Assembly (NCBI GenBank): GCA_001777015.1
Contig: MFCV01000044.1
Span: 16,786-80,785 of the forward strand
DNA: 64,000 bases
Direction: 5' to 3'
Origin: Candidatus Daviesbacteria bacterium RIFCSPHIGHO2_02_FULL_36_13
Lineage (GTDB): Bacteria > Patescibacteriota > Microgenomatia > Daviesbacterales > UBA10151
Both the position numbers and the translations under genes were made by a program. Under the pieces are notes generated by a model. The model did no database searches. It worked only from the letters and a program-made list of their open reading frames with translations, and had not been told where the DNA came from. Position 1 is the first letter of the stretch; every line of letters starts with the position of its first letter. Below are positions 10,144-22,125 of this stretch, one piece after another.

Positions 10144-10188
10144 GCCCCTTTTCACCTAGATATCTTTCTTTTATTGTGCTAAACTTAA

Positions 10189-12138
<1,950 letters not shown>

Positions 12139-12152
12139 TTCTACCCCATAGT

Positions 12153-12181
12153 TTGATTTTAGCTTCAATTTCTGGTATAAT
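12153..12181 (+). promoter_or_regulatory. Sigma70-like promoter TTGATT-N17-TATAAT driving an apparently leaderless mRNA (ATG at 12190)
   Basis: Canonical hexamers with 17-nt spacer. A near-identical 35-bp element recurs at 24929-24964. Confidence 0.45.
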
Positions 12182-12183
12182 TA

Positions 12184-12735
12184 TTGTTTATGCCACTATT
12201 GACACCAGAAAGACCTATTACCCAAGTAGATTTGCTTGTACATCCCGATTACCATTTAATTGGAGAGGACGAACCTAACTCTGATCCTGCTCAAATGAAG
12301 CTTCGAAAAAGGTGGGATGAAAGAATTACCGAACTTGCAGAAAATAAACAAGCTCTACTTTTCTATTTTCCCGGTATTCCCTTATCAGGAAGGATGCCCG
12401 GGGATAGGGTAGAAGTTTCATTTGAATTGAGAATTGATGAAGCAGAAAGAAGAATAAAGTACGAGAGATTGTTAAAAGACAGATTTTTTATCTTTAATGA
12501 TTGGGAAAAACCTGTTGGTAAAACTTTATTTCCTGAATTTAAAGCAAGAGGTTTTACCTATAACCCCCAAACCACAAAACTTATAGCTTATGGTGAATAT
12601 TTACACCTTTGTGTAGGTACCTGGCAGGATGAAACTGGTTTAGTCCTTGATATTCCCACTCAAAACCATACAACACTTGCTGATTTGAGTGTAGCTTCCA
12701 CAATCTCTCTCTCAAGTTTTCTTTATGACATATAA
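12184..12735 (+). CDS. Hypothetical protein (probable start ATG 12190)
   Basis: ORF of 183 aa with no recognised motifs. Lies downstream of the conserved promoter. Confidence 0.4.
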   Translation: MFMPLLTPERPITQVDLLVHPDYHLIGEDEPNSDPAQMKLRKRWDERITELAENKQALLFYFPGIPLSGRMPGDRVEVSFELRIDEAERRIKYERLLKDRFFIFNDWEKPVGKTLFPEFKARGFTYNPQTTKLIAYGEYLHLCVGTWQDETGLVLDIPTQNHTTLADLSVASTISLSSFLYDI

Positions 12736-12744
12736 TAAACTCTC

Positions 12745-14049
12745 ATGATAAAAAAAGTTCATTTTTTAGGAATAGGCGGATCAGGAGCATCTGCGGCGGC
12801 GGCTATTGCACAACACACAGGGTTTGAAGTAACAGGATGTGATTTGGATATAAGCAATGAATTTACAACTCCATTTTCTCTAGATCAATTATTAAAGGGT
12901 CATTCAGCTTCCCACCTTAAAGGTGGGAACGTAAATATCTTGGCAGTAACACCTGCTATTTATTCACTTGACCCAACCAATGAAGAATTAATGGAGGCCA
13001 AAAGATTAGGAATTGAAGTGCTAACTTGGCAGGAGTTTATGGGCAAATACTTAATGGAGGGAAAATTTGTAATAGCAGTTTCCGGAACCCATGGCAAAAC
13101 CACCACCACTGCCATGATTGCAAAAATGCTGGAAGATGCAGGACTAGACCCTACAGTAGAACTTGGGTCTATAATGCCCAGCTGGAAAGCAAATTACAGA
13201 AATGGTAATTCCAAGTACTTTGTTGTTGAAGCAGATGAATACAATGACAATTATTTACCTATAACCCCTGACATTTCTGTTGTGACAAATATTGATATGG
13301 ATCACCCTGAATATTTTAAAGACTTTGAAGAATATAAAGAAAGTTTCAAAAAATTTATTTTAAAAACAAAAGGGGCAGTGGTTGCCAATCTATCTGATGC
13401 CTCAACTGCAGAGGTTATGAAAACAGTTTTAAAATCCATACCGGAAAATGATACCCGTCAGTTTCTGGATTATTCAAAACAACAGTTTAATTTATCCCTT
13501 AAAATCCCTGGAACTTTTAATATCTTAAATGCAACTGCAGCTTTCCAAGTTGGTTTATTATTAGGAATTAACCCAGAAACCATAAAATCCAGTTTACAAT
13601 CTTTCACTGGTGCAGGAAGAAGATTTGAATATATTGGAGATTATAATAGGGCCAAAATTTACAGTGATTTTGGACATCACCCCACAGAAATAAGAGAAAC
13701 TCTAAAAGCAGTTAGAGAAAAATTTCCTAATGAAAGAGTCCTGGTTATCTATCAACCTCATATGTTTACCAGAACAAAATATTTATTTGAAGACTTTGTA
13801 AAAGTATTTACAGTGGCACCTGTGGACAAAATATATATCATGGATATTTATCAGAGTAGGGAAAAAGATCTTGGTGAAGTTTCCAGTAAACAGTTGGCAG
13901 AAACTATCAATCTTCCATCAGTGTTACACATTCCAAGTGGAACAGAACTCCAAGTTTTAAAACCAGAAATTAAAAATGGAGATATAGTTTTCTTCATGAG
14001 TGCAGGAGATACAGATAAGATTGCAAAACAATTAGTAGAATTAAGGTAG
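12745..14049 (+). CDS. murC: UDP-N-acetylmuramate--L-alanine ligase (Mur ligase family)
   Basis: N-terminal HFLGIGGSGASAAA (MurC-type Rossmann) and P-loop GTHGKTTTTAMIA. The central and C-terminal Mur ligase domains are present. Confidence 0.75.
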   Translation: MIKKVHFLGIGGSGASAAAAIAQHTGFEVTGCDLDISNEFTTPFSLDQLLKGHSASHLKGGNVNILAVTPAIYSLDPTNEELMEAKRLGIEVLTWQEFMGKYLMEGKFVIAVSGTHGKTTTTAMIAKMLEDAGLDPTVELGSIMPSWKANYRNGNSKYFVVEADEYNDNYLPITPDISVVTNIDMDHPEYFKDFEEYKESFKKFILKTKGAVVANLSDASTAEVMKTVLKSIPENDTRQFLDYSKQQFNLSLKIPGTFNILNATAAFQVGLLLGINPETIKSSLQSFTGAGRRFEYIGDYNRAKIYSDFGHHPTEIRETLKAVREKFPNERVLVIYQPHMFTRTKYLFEDFVKVFTVAPVDKIYIMDIYQSREKDLGEVSSKQLAETINLPSVLHIPSGTELQVLKPEIKNGDIVFFMSAGDTDKIAKQLVELR

Positions 14050-14087
14050 CAATCATCCCTGTTTGACTTCGTCAAAAGGTAAATTAG

Positions 14088-14627
14088 CTAAAGATCTAAT
14101 TTCTGCTTAACTAACATAAAAGCCAAAAGTGTATAAGTTGTAGTTGAAACTTTCCCTGATAAAAACATTTCTAATGCTTCATCAAAAGGCATTTTTACAA
14201 CTTCCAAAAATTCATCAGGATCAGGATCTTTTTCTGAAGGATATAAATCTCTTGCCAGATAAATACTTATCCTGGCCTTTGTTCTTGCAGCCAGCATAGT
14301 AGTTGTTAAATGCTCAATATTTTTTGCATCCATGCTAATTTCCTCCCTTAATTCATTGTGTACTTGTTTTAATTTTCCCTCTTCATCAGTTGCATCAACT
14401 CCTCCTGCAGGAATTTGTAAGACAAAATCTCTCCAGGCAATTCTCCACTCGCGGACTAAATAGACATTGTTATCTGAATCCAAAGGAAGCATCACAACCA
14501 CATCAGAACCATGAGCATGATCCCATTCCACTATATTCCCATTTTCAAATTCAACTTTTGCCAAATAAACCTTAACAGAAGGACCTTCATATATAATTTT
14601 TTCAGAAATTAATTTTGGCTTTTTCAT
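14088..14627 (-). CDS. NUDIX hydrolase (ADP-ribose pyrophosphatase-like)
   Basis: Nudix box GGVDATDEEGKLKQVHNELREEISM. Start placed at the internal MKKPKL to avoid overlap with murI. Confidence 0.7.
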   Translation of the reverse strand: MKKPKLISEKIIYEGPSVKVYLAKVEFENGNIVEWDHAHGSDVVVMLPLDSDNNVYLVREWRIAWRDFVLQIPAGGVDATDEEGKLKQVHNELREEISMDAKNIEHLTTTMLAARTKARISIYLARDLYPSEKDPDPDEFLEVVKMPFDEALEMFLSGKVSTTTYTLLAFMLVKQKLDL

Positions 14628-14649
14628 AAACTTTGTTTTCAAGCTTCGC

Positions 14650-15444
14650 TTATAGATAGACTTTTTTAAGTTTTGCAGGCGTCTTGTTTTCAAAAAACAT
14701 GTCAATTGTTTTTTGCATAATAGGAGGTGTATCAGTCAATAATATTTCATATTCTGCTTTACCATCATCAAGTAATTTTTTTTCTGTCAATAATCTTTTT
14801 AACTCTCGAGCAGTTGGTTTTGCTGAATCAATTAGTTTGATTTTACTTCCTACAGTTTTTTGGATAATATCTTCTATTAAAGGATAGTGCGTACAGCCTA
14901 AAATTAAAGTGTCGCAATCTCCTTCAAATCCATGCTTTAAATATTCATCCACAGCAATTTTGGCAATTGGGTGATCAAGTAATCCCTCCTCAATTATTGG
15001 AACAAATAAAGGGCAAGCCTGTGTAAATACCTCTATTGATGACTTAATTTTCCTTAACTCTCTTGTGTAAGCTCCACTAGAAACAGTCGCTCTGGTTGCC
15101 AAAACTCCAACTTTGTTATTTTTTGTAAGAGCAGCAGCTAAGACAGCCGCAGGTTTTATAACTCCTAAAACAGGTACTGGAGAAATTTTTTCAATTTCCT
15201 CAAGACAAGTTGCTGAGATTGTATTACAGGCAACCACTAAAAATTTAACGCTTTTTTTAAGTAGAAATCGTGTAAGCTCTAATGCAAATTTAGTAATAGT
15301 CTCACGATCCTTGGTTCCATAAGGAACTCTTTCTGTATCACCTAAATAAATAATGCTTTCATTGGGGAGAACTTTTATAATTTCTTTTACAACTGTTAAG
15401 CCGCCAATTCCAGAATCAAATACACCAATTGGATTGTTATTCAT
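14650..15444 (-). CDS. murI: Glutamate racemase
   Basis: VFDSGIGGLTV near the N-terminus and the second catalytic Cys region LGCTHYPL. Confidence 0.9.
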   Translation of the reverse strand: MNNNPIGVFDSGIGGLTVVKEIIKVLPNESIIYLGDTERVPYGTKDRETITKFALELTRFLLKKSVKFLVVACNTISATCLEEIEKISPVPVLGVIKPAAVLAAALTKNNKVGVLATRATVSSGAYTRELRKIKSSIEVFTQACPLFVPIIEEGLLDHPIAKIAVDEYLKHGFEGDCDTLILGCTHYPLIEDIIQKTVGSKIKLIDSAKPTARELKRLLTEKKLLDDGKAEYEILLTDTPPIMQKTIDMFFENKTPAKLKKVYL

Positions 15445-15465
15445 CGGATAAGTATAATACTATGT

Positions 15466-16821
15466 ATGTATTCTTTCAAAGGGAAAAAGGTATTAGTTTT
15501 TGGCCTGGGATTAAATCAGGGAGGAGTGGGTTCAGCTAAATTTTTTGCTAATGCAGGAGCAGAGGTAAGGATTACTGATTTAAAATCCAAGTCTATCCTG
15601 CAACCTTCAATTGATCAGCTGAAAAGCTTCCCAAATATTTCCTACACCTTAGGAGAACATAAAAATGAAGATATTGATTGGGCAGATTTAATTATCAAAA
15701 ACCCAAGCGTAAAAAGGGATAATCCATATTTAGATCATGCTAGACGAAAAAATAAAGACATTGAAACTGATTTGGGAATCTTTTTTAAATTGGTTGATAA
15801 ATCAAAAATTATTGGAGTTACAGGAACCAAAGGTAAATCAACAACAGCATCCCTCATATATGCGGGGCTAAAAGAAAACAATCAAGACGTTGTATTGGCC
15901 GGAAATATTGGGAGAAGTGTTTTAGATTGTATACCTTTAGTTAAAGAAAATACTTTAGTTGTTTTGGAAATCTCTTCTTTTCAGCTGGAAGGATTAGCTC
16001 CCCTAAGAGTCTCTCCTAAATATGCAGTTGTTACAAATATTTTCCCTGACCACCTAAACGTTTATAAGGATATGTTTGAATATATCTCCGCAAAGAGATT
16101 AATTACCCAATTTCAATCTTCCAGTGATTTTTTATTCTTAAATAAAGATGATAAAACTTTAAATAACCCAAAATTTACTAGTGGCCTTTCAGCCAAAATT
16201 ATTTTTTACAGCAAACAGGATTTACCAAAAGATTTTAAACCAAACTTAATAGGGGAGCATAATTTGGAAAATATAGCAGCAGCTTTTGCTGTGAGCAAAG
16301 CTTTTAATATTGATGAAAATCAAATGCTTCAATCTCTTTCTAGTTTTAAAGGAGTGCCATTTAGGATGGAGTTAACTGGGCAGTGGAATGGCATCAAAAT
16401 TATAAATGATACAACTGCAACCGGTCCTGATGCCGGTATTCAAGCGCTAAATTCATATCCTAACTCTATAGTCATTGCCGGAGGAATGAATAAAAATATG
16501 CCTTATGAGGGTTATGTAAAAGTCTTGGAAGAAAATGCTAAAGAGGTATTTTTCCTAGAAGGTGATTCAGCAGATTTAATTATGTCGTCATTGCGAAAGC
16601 CGAAGGCGCGGCGAGTAGCGGAGCGAAGCAATCTCAAAACTCACGGGCCATATAGTGATTTAGAAAAATTATTAGAAGATATAAAGAAAATAGCCAAAGA
16701 AGGGGACACAATTCTTTTTTCCCCGGCAGCAACTTCATACAATTTATTTCAAAATGAATTTGATAGGGGAAGAAGATTTAATAAAGCAGTTGAAAAAGTT
16801 TTCGGGGAAGATATTTCTTAG
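15466..16821 (+). CDS. murD: UDP-N-acetylmuramoylalanine--D-glutamate ligase; carries an in-frame GC-rich ~55-bp insertion (LRKPKARRVAERSN)
   Basis: N-terminal KKVLVFGLGLNQGGVG (MurD-type) and P-loop GVTGTKGKSTTASLI. A TATAAT at 15453-15458 lies 7 nt before the ATG, suggesting a leaderless mRNA. Confidence 0.8.
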   Translation: MYSFKGKKVLVFGLGLNQGGVGSAKFFANAGAEVRITDLKSKSILQPSIDQLKSFPNISYTLGEHKNEDIDWADLIIKNPSVKRDNPYLDHARRKNKDIETDLGIFFKLVDKSKIIGVTGTKGKSTTASLIYAGLKENNQDVVLAGNIGRSVLDCIPLVKENTLVVLEISSFQLEGLAPLRVSPKYAVVTNIFPDHLNVYKDMFEYISAKRLITQFQSSSDFLFLNKDDKTLNNPKFTSGLSAKIIFYSKQDLPKDFKPNLIGEHNLENIAAAFAVSKAFNIDENQMLQSLSSFKGVPFRMELTGQWNGIKIINDTTATGPDAGIQALNSYPNSIVIAGGMNKNMPYEGYVKVLEENAKEVFFLEGDSADLIMSSLRKPKARRVAERSNLKTHGPYSDLEKLLEDIKKIAKEGDTILFSPAATSYNLFQNEFDRGRRFNKAVEKVFGEDIS

Positions 16822-17317
16822 ACAAATACTGTAAAAGTTCATAGCCTCCAAAAAGAACTATTGTATAGCCTAAATCAGAAAATAAAGTTGCTTTAAAAAA
16901 TGGAAGAGCTAGTAAGTAACTTTGCATTAAACCACTTATTGTGTGAGGATACCAGTTATTTGGATAGGCCCATACCCCAAAATTTGTTATAAGGAAAAAT
17001 AATCCAGAAGCATAGAGAGAACTTCCTAAAATATTGAGCGGCTTCTTATGATCTTTTAGCCAGAATCCTACTAAACCAATTAATAAATAACTGCCATAAA
17101 CATAAAACATATCTGTTCCATAAAAACCAATGAAATAATCAGAAATAAATAATGCCAAAAGCGGAAGCCAGAATATTTTTTTAGGTAAATAAGTTCCTCC
17201 AAAAAGCATTAAAGCCCCAATAGCTGCAGCATTTGGATTGTGTGGGATAAGTCTGCTTAATATCCCAAATACCACCAATATTATTGCTAAAAGTTTAATA
17301 TTCATAAGCATATACAA
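16778..17317 (-). CDS. Hypothetical polytopic membrane protein
   Basis: 179 aa with about 5 hydrophobic helices; family not recognised. Confidence 0.4.
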   Translation of the reverse strand: MYMLMNIKLLAIILVVFGILSRLIPHNPNAAAIGALMLFGGTYLPKKIFWLPLLALFISDYFIGFYGTDMFYVYGSYLLIGLVGFWLKDHKKPLNILGSSLYASGLFFLITNFGVWAYPNNWYPHTISGLMQSYLLALPFFKATLFSDLGYTIVLFGGYELLQYLSKKYLPRKLFQLLY

Positions 17318-17405
17318 TAAGCAAGATTGAAGAAACTGTCAATCCACAATATATTGGATAGAGGAAATGATGTCGTAGATCAGATATAATTAGATTCTGC
17401 CTAAA

Positions 17406-18629
17406 ATGATTCGCAAACTTAAACAATTATTGTATTTTCCTGTTGCCGGGTATTTTCGGTTTTTTGCAGGTATCCAATTAGCTTTGTGGAAACCGCAAAT
17501 TTTAGTTATAACCGGATCTAACAGCAAAACTACTCTGCTTCATTTAATTGAATCTCAATTAGGAAATAAGGCAAAATATTCTCATCAGGCGAATAGCTCC
17601 TTTGGCATTCCATTTGATATTTTAAATCTAAAAAGAAAAACTTTAGAAATTTGGGAGTGGCCCTTTCTTTTCTTACTTACACCTTTTTATGCTTTTAAAA
17701 ATCCTCCTTCAGAGAAAATATATGTTGTTGAGGCAGATTGTGATAGACCAGGGGAAGGGAAATTTTTAAGCAATCTTTTAAAACCAGAGGTGACACTTTG
17801 GGCAAATTCTTCCAACTCTCATGCACAAAATTTTCCCACTCCAATTGATGAAAATATAGCTTTTGAATTTGGTTACTTTGTTGAGAAGACAAAAAATCTT
17901 TGTATTGTTAATGGAGATTCAGCGTTAATAACATCTCAACTAACAAGAACAAGAGCTGATGTCATGAAAATTACCAAATCACATCTTAAAAATTATTCTT
18001 TACAGAAAAATGGAGCTAGCTATAAAATTGAAAACCTTGTTTATAGCTTTAAATATTTATTACCTGAGGATTCTTTTTATTCAGTTTCTATGACTCTTGC
18101 CCTTTTAGAATATTTAGGAATTCCTCCTGATGTAAAATTTAAAAACTTTATTATTCCTCCTGGAAGAAGTTCTACTTTCAAAGGAATTAAAAACACTACC
18201 ATTATTGATAGTAGTTATAATGCCACCCCATCATCTATGAAAGTAATTTTAGATATGTTCAAAAAATATTCTGCTGAAAACAAATGGCTAGTTTTAGGAG
18301 ATATGATTGAGTTAGGGCCTGATGAGAAAATAGAACATGAAAAATTAAGCAAGCTGATTGATGATGTTGGGGCAAAACAAGTTATATTGGTTGGACCCAG
18401 ACTAAATAAATATACCAATCCTAAATCAAAATTTATAAAATTTGATCAGCCAAAAGAAGCATTAGATTATATTAAAAATCATATAAAAGGCCATGAGGTT
18501 TTACTATTTAAAGGAGCTCGATTTTTGGAAGGGATCATTGAACACTTACTTCTCAACAAATCAGATATTAGTAGGCTTTGCAGAAGAGAGAAAGTTTGGG
18601 AGAATAGAAGAAGGAGGTGGGGATTATGA
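17406..18629 (+). CDS. Mur ligase family protein, MurF-like (UDP-MurNAc-peptide D-Ala-D-Ala adding enzyme-like)
   Basis: P-loop-like ILVITGSNSKTTLL and a C-terminal LVLGDMIELGPDEKIEHEKL segment resembling the MurF GDMxELG region. Confidence 0.6.
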   Translation: MIRKLKQLLYFPVAGYFRFFAGIQLALWKPQILVITGSNSKTTLLHLIESQLGNKAKYSHQANSSFGIPFDILNLKRKTLEIWEWPFLFLLTPFYAFKNPPSEKIYVVEADCDRPGEGKFLSNLLKPEVTLWANSSNSHAQNFPTPIDENIAFEFGYFVEKTKNLCIVNGDSALITSQLTRTRADVMKITKSHLKNYSLQKNGASYKIENLVYSFKYLLPEDSFYSVSMTLALLEYLGIPPDVKFKNFIIPPGRSSTFKGIKNTTIIDSSYNATPSSMKVILDMFKKYSAENKWLVLGDMIELGPDEKIEHEKLSKLIDDVGAKQVILVGPRLNKYTNPKSKFIKFDQPKEALDYIKNHIKGHEVLLFKGARFLEGIIEHLLLNKSDISRLCRREKVWENRRRRWGL

Positions 18630-19315
18630 AGATATTAGTTTTACACGGCTGGACATATTCTACAGAAAAATGGGATCCATTCATGGATATAATCAGTTCT
18701 AAAACAGATGTGGAGCTTTTAAAAATTCCTGGTCTAACTGAAAAATTAGAAGCTGTTTGGAATTTAGATAATTATGTTGAGTGGTTAAAAACAAAGATTG
18801 GAGATAGTAAGGTAATTTTAATTGGTCATTCTAATGGCGGCCGAATCTCTTTAGCATTTGCCAATAAATACCCAGAAAAAGTTTCTAAATTGATATTAAT
18901 TGATAGTGCAGGCATTTATCATAATGAATTACCCATTAGATTAAAAAGATTAGTTTTTAAAATTATTGCTAAGCTTGGTAAAAAAATTATTAACTCAGAA
19001 AAATTAAGAAAAATTTTATACAAACTAAGTAGGGAGGGGGATTACGAAAATGCTTCCCCAACTGTTAAAAAAACTATGTTAAATTTAATCACTACTGATA
19101 TAAGTTTTCTACTACCTGAAATAAAAATCCCAACACTAATTATTTGGGGAGAAAATGACAATACCACACCTCTTAAAGATGGGGCGTTAATGCATAAATT
19201 AATCAGGGGATCAAAGTTGAAAATAATCAGCGGCGCAAGACATAGTCCGCAATTTACCCATCCAAAGGAGGTAGCCAAAATTATTTATAAGAACCTGCTA
19301 ATCGCAGAACCTTGA
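18617..19315 (+). CDS. Alpha/beta-fold hydrolase
   Basis: Nucleophile elbow GHSNGG (GxSxG), a later Asp, and a His near the C-terminus (GARHSPQF). Confidence 0.7.
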   Translation: MGIMKILVLHGWTYSTEKWDPFMDIISSKTDVELLKIPGLTEKLEAVWNLDNYVEWLKTKIGDSKVILIGHSNGGRISLAFANKYPEKVSKLILIDSAGIYHNELPIRLKRLVFKIIAKLGKKIINSEKLRKILYKLSREGDYENASPTVKKTMLNLITTDISFLLPEIKIPTLIIWGENDNTTPLKDGALMHKLIRGSKLKIISGARHSPQFTHPKEVAKIIYKNLLIAEP

Positions 19316-19334
19316 AATTTTATAGAATAAAATT

Positions 19335-20519
19335 ATGAATATATTTAATTCCTTGGGTTCTAATTATGATTTTAAGTTTGTTTTAAAAGCACTCTTATCT
19401 TTCAGTGGAAATTCAAAAGATTTAGAAAACTTATTGGGAGAAAAATACGGGGGAAAGGCCATACTTCTTTATAAAGGAAGGGAGGCCATTGAACTGGCTC
19501 TAAAATCCCTCAATTTACCAGCAGGTACTTTTGTTGCCATAAATGGCTTTACCTGCTTTGCAATGTATGATGCAATTAAAAAAAGTGGATTAAATGTTGA
19601 ATATTTAGATATTGAAAAAGGAGAGTTAAATTTTTCTGCTGAAACTTTTAAAAAAGCTCTAGATAAAAATCCTAAGATTAAAGTTGTAATTATTCAAAAT
19701 ACCCTAGGGTTTCCTTGCGATATAAAAGGTATTTCCAAAATTTGTAAAGAGAAAGGAATTATTTTAATAGAAGATTTAGCTCACTCAATTGGAGCTAAAT
19801 ATGAAGGTGAGAAAGAGGCAGGAACTTTAGGAGACATGACTATTCTTTCATTTAGTCAGGATAAGATGATTGATGGAATATCAGGCGGAGCTCTTGTAGA
19901 TAAAGGACGAAAAATGCTCCAAGAGAAGTTGTATAACTTACCCCTTAAGCAACAAATAATTGACAGCCTATATCCTTCCCTTACCTTTAGAATTAGACTC
20001 ACTTATCCTTTTTTAATAGGAAAGGTTTTGCATGAAATTTTGAAAAGATTAAATCTCCTATCCAAACCAATGACGGGAGCAGAGACTGGAAAACTCCATA
20101 AACTCCCAGGCTGGTATAGCAATTTAATAATGGGACAATTTGATAAATTAAATTCAGATCTAAGTCACAGAAGAAAGATTGCCTCAATCTATGCGGAAAC
20201 TTTAAATCCAAACATTCTGTCTAAAAGAATTATCAAACAAATTGCTGATGCTTCTAATTTACGTTTCCCAATCTTTGTAAATAATAGAGGTGATCTTATT
20301 AAATATCTTGCTCAAAACGGAATATATGTTTCCGATATTTGGTACGATGCTCCCATTTCACCCAAAAAATATTTATCACAATCAGATTATAATCATCAAT
20401 GTCCAAACAGTGAATTGGCATCATCCGCTATATTAAATTTACCAACTCATAAAAACGTCGCAGGAAAGGATGCTGTCAAAATTTCAAATATCATTAACCA
20501 ATGGCTATCACAACAATAG
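19335..20519 (+). CDS. DegT/DnrJ/EryC1-like PLP-dependent aminotransferase (sugar aminotransferase family)
   Basis: Fold-type I layout with a candidate PLP lysine region LSFSQDKMIDGISGGAL. Weak similarity, so this is inference. Confidence 0.5.
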   Translation: MNIFNSLGSNYDFKFVLKALLSFSGNSKDLENLLGEKYGGKAILLYKGREAIELALKSLNLPAGTFVAINGFTCFAMYDAIKKSGLNVEYLDIEKGELNFSAETFKKALDKNPKIKVVIIQNTLGFPCDIKGISKICKEKGIILIEDLAHSIGAKYEGEKEAGTLGDMTILSFSQDKMIDGISGGALVDKGRKMLQEKLYNLPLKQQIIDSLYPSLTFRIRLTYPFLIGKVLHEILKRLNLLSKPMTGAETGKLHKLPGWYSNLIMGQFDKLNSDLSHRRKIASIYAETLNPNILSKRIIKQIADASNLRFPIFVNNRGDLIKYLAQNGIYVSDIWYDAPISPKKYLSQSDYNHQCPNSELASSAILNLPTHKNVAGKDAVKISNIINQWLSQQ

Positions 20520-21523
20520 AGGTTACAGACAAAGAAGAGTGGGAAAGATTTTTGGATTCTCAAAAGGACGCCAATTTTTTACAAAGCTTTAATTGGGGAG
20601 AGTTTCATAAGGCCTTAGGAAAAACTGTAAAAAGAATTGGAATATATGATGGGAAAAAATTAGCAGGAGTATTTCTTTGTATTGTAGAAAAAGCTAAAAG
20701 GGCCACTTATCTGACTGTACCAGGCGGGCCACTGATTGATTGGAAAAGCAAAGAATTAGTCCAAGCTTTTAGACAAATAATTATAGACATAGCAAAAAAA
20801 GAAAATTGTTCATTTGTCAGAGTAAGACCTCAAATTTTTGAAACAGAAGAAAATAGTAAGTTATTTGAAAGACTAGGATTCAGAAATGCTCCAATGCACC
20901 TTCATGCAGAATTAACTCACCAGTTGGATTTAACAAAATCAGAAGATCAATTATTAGCTTCTATGAGAAAAACAACCAGGTATGAAATAAAACAGGCTAT
21001 AAAACAGGATATAAAAATTACTGTTAGTAAAAATCTTGAAGATCTTGATGCGTTTTATGAACTCCAAAGTCAAACGGCCAAAAGGCAGCATTTTGTAGAA
21101 TTTGATAAGAAATTTTTAAAAGAGCAATTTTCTGTGTTTGTTAAAGATAACCAGGTTCTATTATTCACAGCTACTTTGGGAAAGAAAAAGTTGGCACAAG
21201 CATTCATAATTTTTTATGGGGAAGAGGCCGATTATCACTACGGAGCAAGCACTCTTGATGGAAGAGAATATCCAGGAGCATATTTAATTCAGTGGGAGGC
21301 TATAAAAGAAGCTAAAAAAAGAGGTTTAAAAAGATACAATCTTTGGGGAGTAGCACCTGAAGGGGAAACTAGTCATAGATTTTATGGAGTGTCAGTTTTT
21401 AAAAGAGGCTTCGGTGGAGAAGATATAAATTTTTTGCATGCCAGAGATTTAGTGATAAATTCTTTGTCTTATAAAGTTAACTGGCTAATAGAATCTGCCA
21501 GAAAAAAAGTCCGCAGGGTATGA
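20501..21523 (+). CDS. FemAB-family peptidoglycan interpeptide-bridge peptidyltransferase (aminoacyl-tRNA dependent)
   Basis: FemAB hallmark segments GGPLIDW and YGASTLDGREYPGAYLIQWEAIKEAKKRGLKRYNLWGV. Confidence 0.7.
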   Translation: MAITTIEVTDKEEWERFLDSQKDANFLQSFNWGEFHKALGKTVKRIGIYDGKKLAGVFLCIVEKAKRATYLTVPGGPLIDWKSKELVQAFRQIIIDIAKKENCSFVRVRPQIFETEENSKLFERLGFRNAPMHLHAELTHQLDLTKSEDQLLASMRKTTRYEIKQAIKQDIKITVSKNLEDLDAFYELQSQTAKRQHFVEFDKKFLKEQFSVFVKDNQVLLFTATLGKKKLAQAFIIFYGEEADYHYGASTLDGREYPGAYLIQWEAIKEAKKRGLKRYNLWGVAPEGETSHRFYGVSVFKRGFGGEDINFLHARDLVINSLSYKVNWLIESARKKVRRV

Positions 21524-22110
21524 AAAAAACTGCTCGACAAATTCCTGCAAAATCAATTGGCTCCAAAGAAATTCAATCGATTATTCATAGAATGCTAAAG
21601 ATTGCAGGAGTAGAACAGAAGGATAAAAATAAATCTGTAATGGTGGGGCTGGCTGCTCCTCAAATCAAAATTTTAAAAAGAATTATTTTAGTTGATGTTA
21701 AGGCAGACGGAAAAGGCAAGGTGGGAAAGGTGAAAGTTTATATAAACCCAGTGATTACCTGGGCCTCCAAACAAAAAGGGGAGTGGTATGAAGGATGTTA
21801 TTCAATACCTGAGGTTTGCGGAATAGTAAGTAGACCACTATCCATAAAAGTCCAGGGATTTACGATGCAACCCCCGAGGTTGCAATCGAAGTTTGTCACA
21901 GAAAAATATACAGGATATATTGCCAGAATCTTCCAGCATGAGATAGATCATTTGGATGGAAAATTATTTACTTCTCTCATCAAAAATCCACATCATTTAC
22001 ATAAGGTTTTGGCATCAGAATTTCCTCTTTATAGAGATAAGATGGCATGGAAAACTTGGCCCAAAAAACAGCCATTACCCCTTGCTTTGCGGCCTCAAAA
22101 ACAGATATAA
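21520..22110 (+). CDS. def: Peptide deformylase
   Basis: Motifs GLAAPQI, EGCYSIPE and HEIDHLDGKLF (the three conserved Def motifs). Confidence 0.85.
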   Translation: MKKTARQIPAKSIGSKEIQSIIHRMLKIAGVEQKDKNKSVMVGLAAPQIKILKRIILVDVKADGKGKVGKVKVYINPVITWASKQKGEWYEGCYSIPEVCGIVSRPLSIKVQGFTMQPPRLQSKFVTEKYTGYIARIFQHEIDHLDGKLFTSLIKNPHHLHKVLASEFPLYRDKMAWKTWPKKQPLPLALRPQKQI

Positions 22111-22125
22111 TTAAGCCTACATTTA

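Noticed and set aside
14628-14705. Longest-ORF extension of the NUDIX gene overlapping murI
   Set aside because: The extension overlaps the murI 3' end. The internal Met (MKKPKL) gives a compact, non-overlapping gene.
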